From contig JAHLWZ010000445.1 of the NCBI GenBank assembly GCA_020536535.1, positions 1-37,446 on the forward strand: a DNA stretch of 37,446 nucleotides, in the 5' to 3' direction. Both the position numbers and the translations under genes were made by a program. The DNA comes from Pelomyxa schiedti. Taxonomy: Eukaryota > Protista > Evosea. Numbering within the stretch: the first letter of the stretch is position 1; each line of letters begins with the position of its first letter. Of the stretch, positions 36,009 to 37,446 are shown piece after piece. The notes beneath the pieces are model-generated. The model saw only the letters and a list, made by a program, of their open reading frames with translations. It was not told where the DNA came from and ran no database searches.

Positions 36009-37207
36009 ATGCAGAAACTCCTAGTTGCGCTCCTCTTCGTTGCAGTTGTCAGCTGCAGCAGCATCCGATCACAGTTCGACGAGTGGACGCACCAGTACGG
36101 CCGCACGTACGCCACGCGCCAGGAGCGACTCCACCGCTACAACGTCTGGAGGTCCAACCTTCAGCTCGTCACGGACCACAACTCCAACTCCAAGAACACA
36201 TGGACCCTCGGCATGAACCAGTTCGCCGATCTCACCGTCGACGAGTACCGCGCCATGCTCTCCGCCCCAAGGACACACGCCGCCGTCGAGGCTGTCAACT
36301 CGGTCCAGGCTGTCACACCAGTCGACTGGAGGGATCAGGGAAAGGTTTGCCCAATCAAGAACCAGGGAAGCTGCGGAAGCTGCTGGGCTTTCTCTGCAAT
36401 TGCGTATGTTATTCCTCCCTCTCTCTCTCGTTCTTCCCTATATATATTATACTATCTTACTTTACAAGGGGGTTTTATTTTAACCAATGTCTGCAGATCA
36501 ATTGAGAGCTGCTATGCCATTGATAACAATGTTGACCCAATTTGCCTTTCCGAGCAGCAGCTTGTTGATTGCGCCGGCATCAAGTACGGCGACTTGGGCT
36601 GCGGCGGTGGTCTCCCTGACAACGCCTTCCGATTCGTTATGGACAATGGATGCGAGACAGAGGAGGAGTACCCATACACAGCCAAGAGGGGAACCTGCGT
36701 GTAAGCGAATAACCCGGTTATCTATCTTGAAATAACCCTTATCTTCTCAGTGAGGATGCATCCAAGTACGTCGTACACATTGGTGGCCTTACTGATATTC
36801 CCTCTGGTGACGAGGCTGCTCTTCAAGAGGCCGTTGTTAAGGCACCAGTCTCTGTTGCCATTGATGCCAGCCTTGCTAGCTTCCAGTTTGTGACCCCAAA
36901 AACTCACCCATTTCTAACCTCCTGTACAGGCTGTACAAGGATGGAATCTACTGCCCAGACAAGTGCTCAAATGTCACACTTGATCACGGTGTTGATGTTG
37001 TAGGCCAGAACACAGATAACAAGGAGGACTACTACATCGTCAAGAACAGCTGGGGAACATCATGGGGAATTCAGGGATACATCTGGATGTGTGCCAACAA
37101 GAGTATGTGTCACCAATTCAAAAATGCATAACTAACTCGTTATAACAGACAACAACTGCGGTATTGCCACCGAGGCCAGCTACCCAACAAAGTGCTCCGG
37201 CAAGTAA
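36009..37207 (+). CDS. CTSL: Papain-family (C1A) cathepsin L-like cysteine protease with signal peptide and I29 propeptide
   Basis: Signal MQKLLVALLFVAVVSC; ERFNIN-like ERLHRYNVWRSN; GMNQFADLT; QGSCGSCWAFSA; LDHGV; KNSWG; NNCGIATEASYP. Confidence 0.95.
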
Positions 37208-37446
37208 AAATTTATTTGTTTTTTTTAAAAGAGACATTTTTTACCAAGTCCTTGTTTCTCAATAGCGCGATGTAAGTTAGACGATATCCATTGCCCACTG
37301 GGGGCAAAAAAACTCTTAGAAGTGCCCGGAAAAGACATCTATCCAATAGACTTACCAATAGAAAGCTCTTAACCTAAAAGTCTAAGTCCGGATCTGAGCC
37401 TCAGGCTAGATCTGTTCGGTGAAAGGTTCTCGGGTCTGGCAGCAGA

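Noticed and set aside
1-37446. Non-standard genetic code or stop read-through explaining fragmented ORFs
   Set aside because: Every in-frame stop I examined within conserved domains falls inside a plausible short GT-AG or GC-AG intron.
37208-37446. 3' end of a convergent minus-strand gene
   Set aside because: It has splice-like signals (gtaagt, ccccag) but too little sequence to define a frame or product.
1-37446. tRNA, rRNA, CRISPR arrays or transposons
   Set aside because: No such structures, spaced repeats, terminal repeats or transposase/RT motifs were seen; repeats are simple coding microsatellites and homopolymers.

Overview
Compact, intron-rich eukaryotic DNA. Most introns are about 30-90 nt, mainly GT-AG with a few GC-AG. 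The Dictyostelium-type STAT, the Roco protein and the HRDLAARN kinase point to an amoebozoan; the style recalls Archamoebae such as Pelomyxa, but this is inference only. Manual splicing gives 13 protein genes, in order: RRM-like/TKL kinase (-, cut by a gap); GAF-SAM-tyrosine kinase (-); small coiled-coil gene (+); STAT (-); VPS9 Rab5-GEF (+); SAP-like/DnaJ/DnaJ-X (-); cyclophilin (+); stand-alone PAS protein (-); retinoblastoma homolog (-); BRCC36 (-); Roco kinase (+); an unknown disordered protein (+); cathepsin L-like protease (+). Bases 1-990 are an allelic assembly-bubble copy of 2558-3550. I found no RNA genes, CRISPR arrays or mobile elements. The best lead is a cytosolic tyrosine kinase whose sensor resembles the Cys-containing 'LECMCG' GAF domain of anaerobic prokaryote signalling proteins, interrupted by four introns. 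It lies next to a STAT predicted to carry an unusual C-terminal Pro/Ser/Thr tail. The second lead is a Roco protein with an N-terminal Rac domain whose nucleotide-binding motifs are degenerate. All gene models are hand-spliced predictions, and family assignments come from remembered consensus motifs, not database searches.
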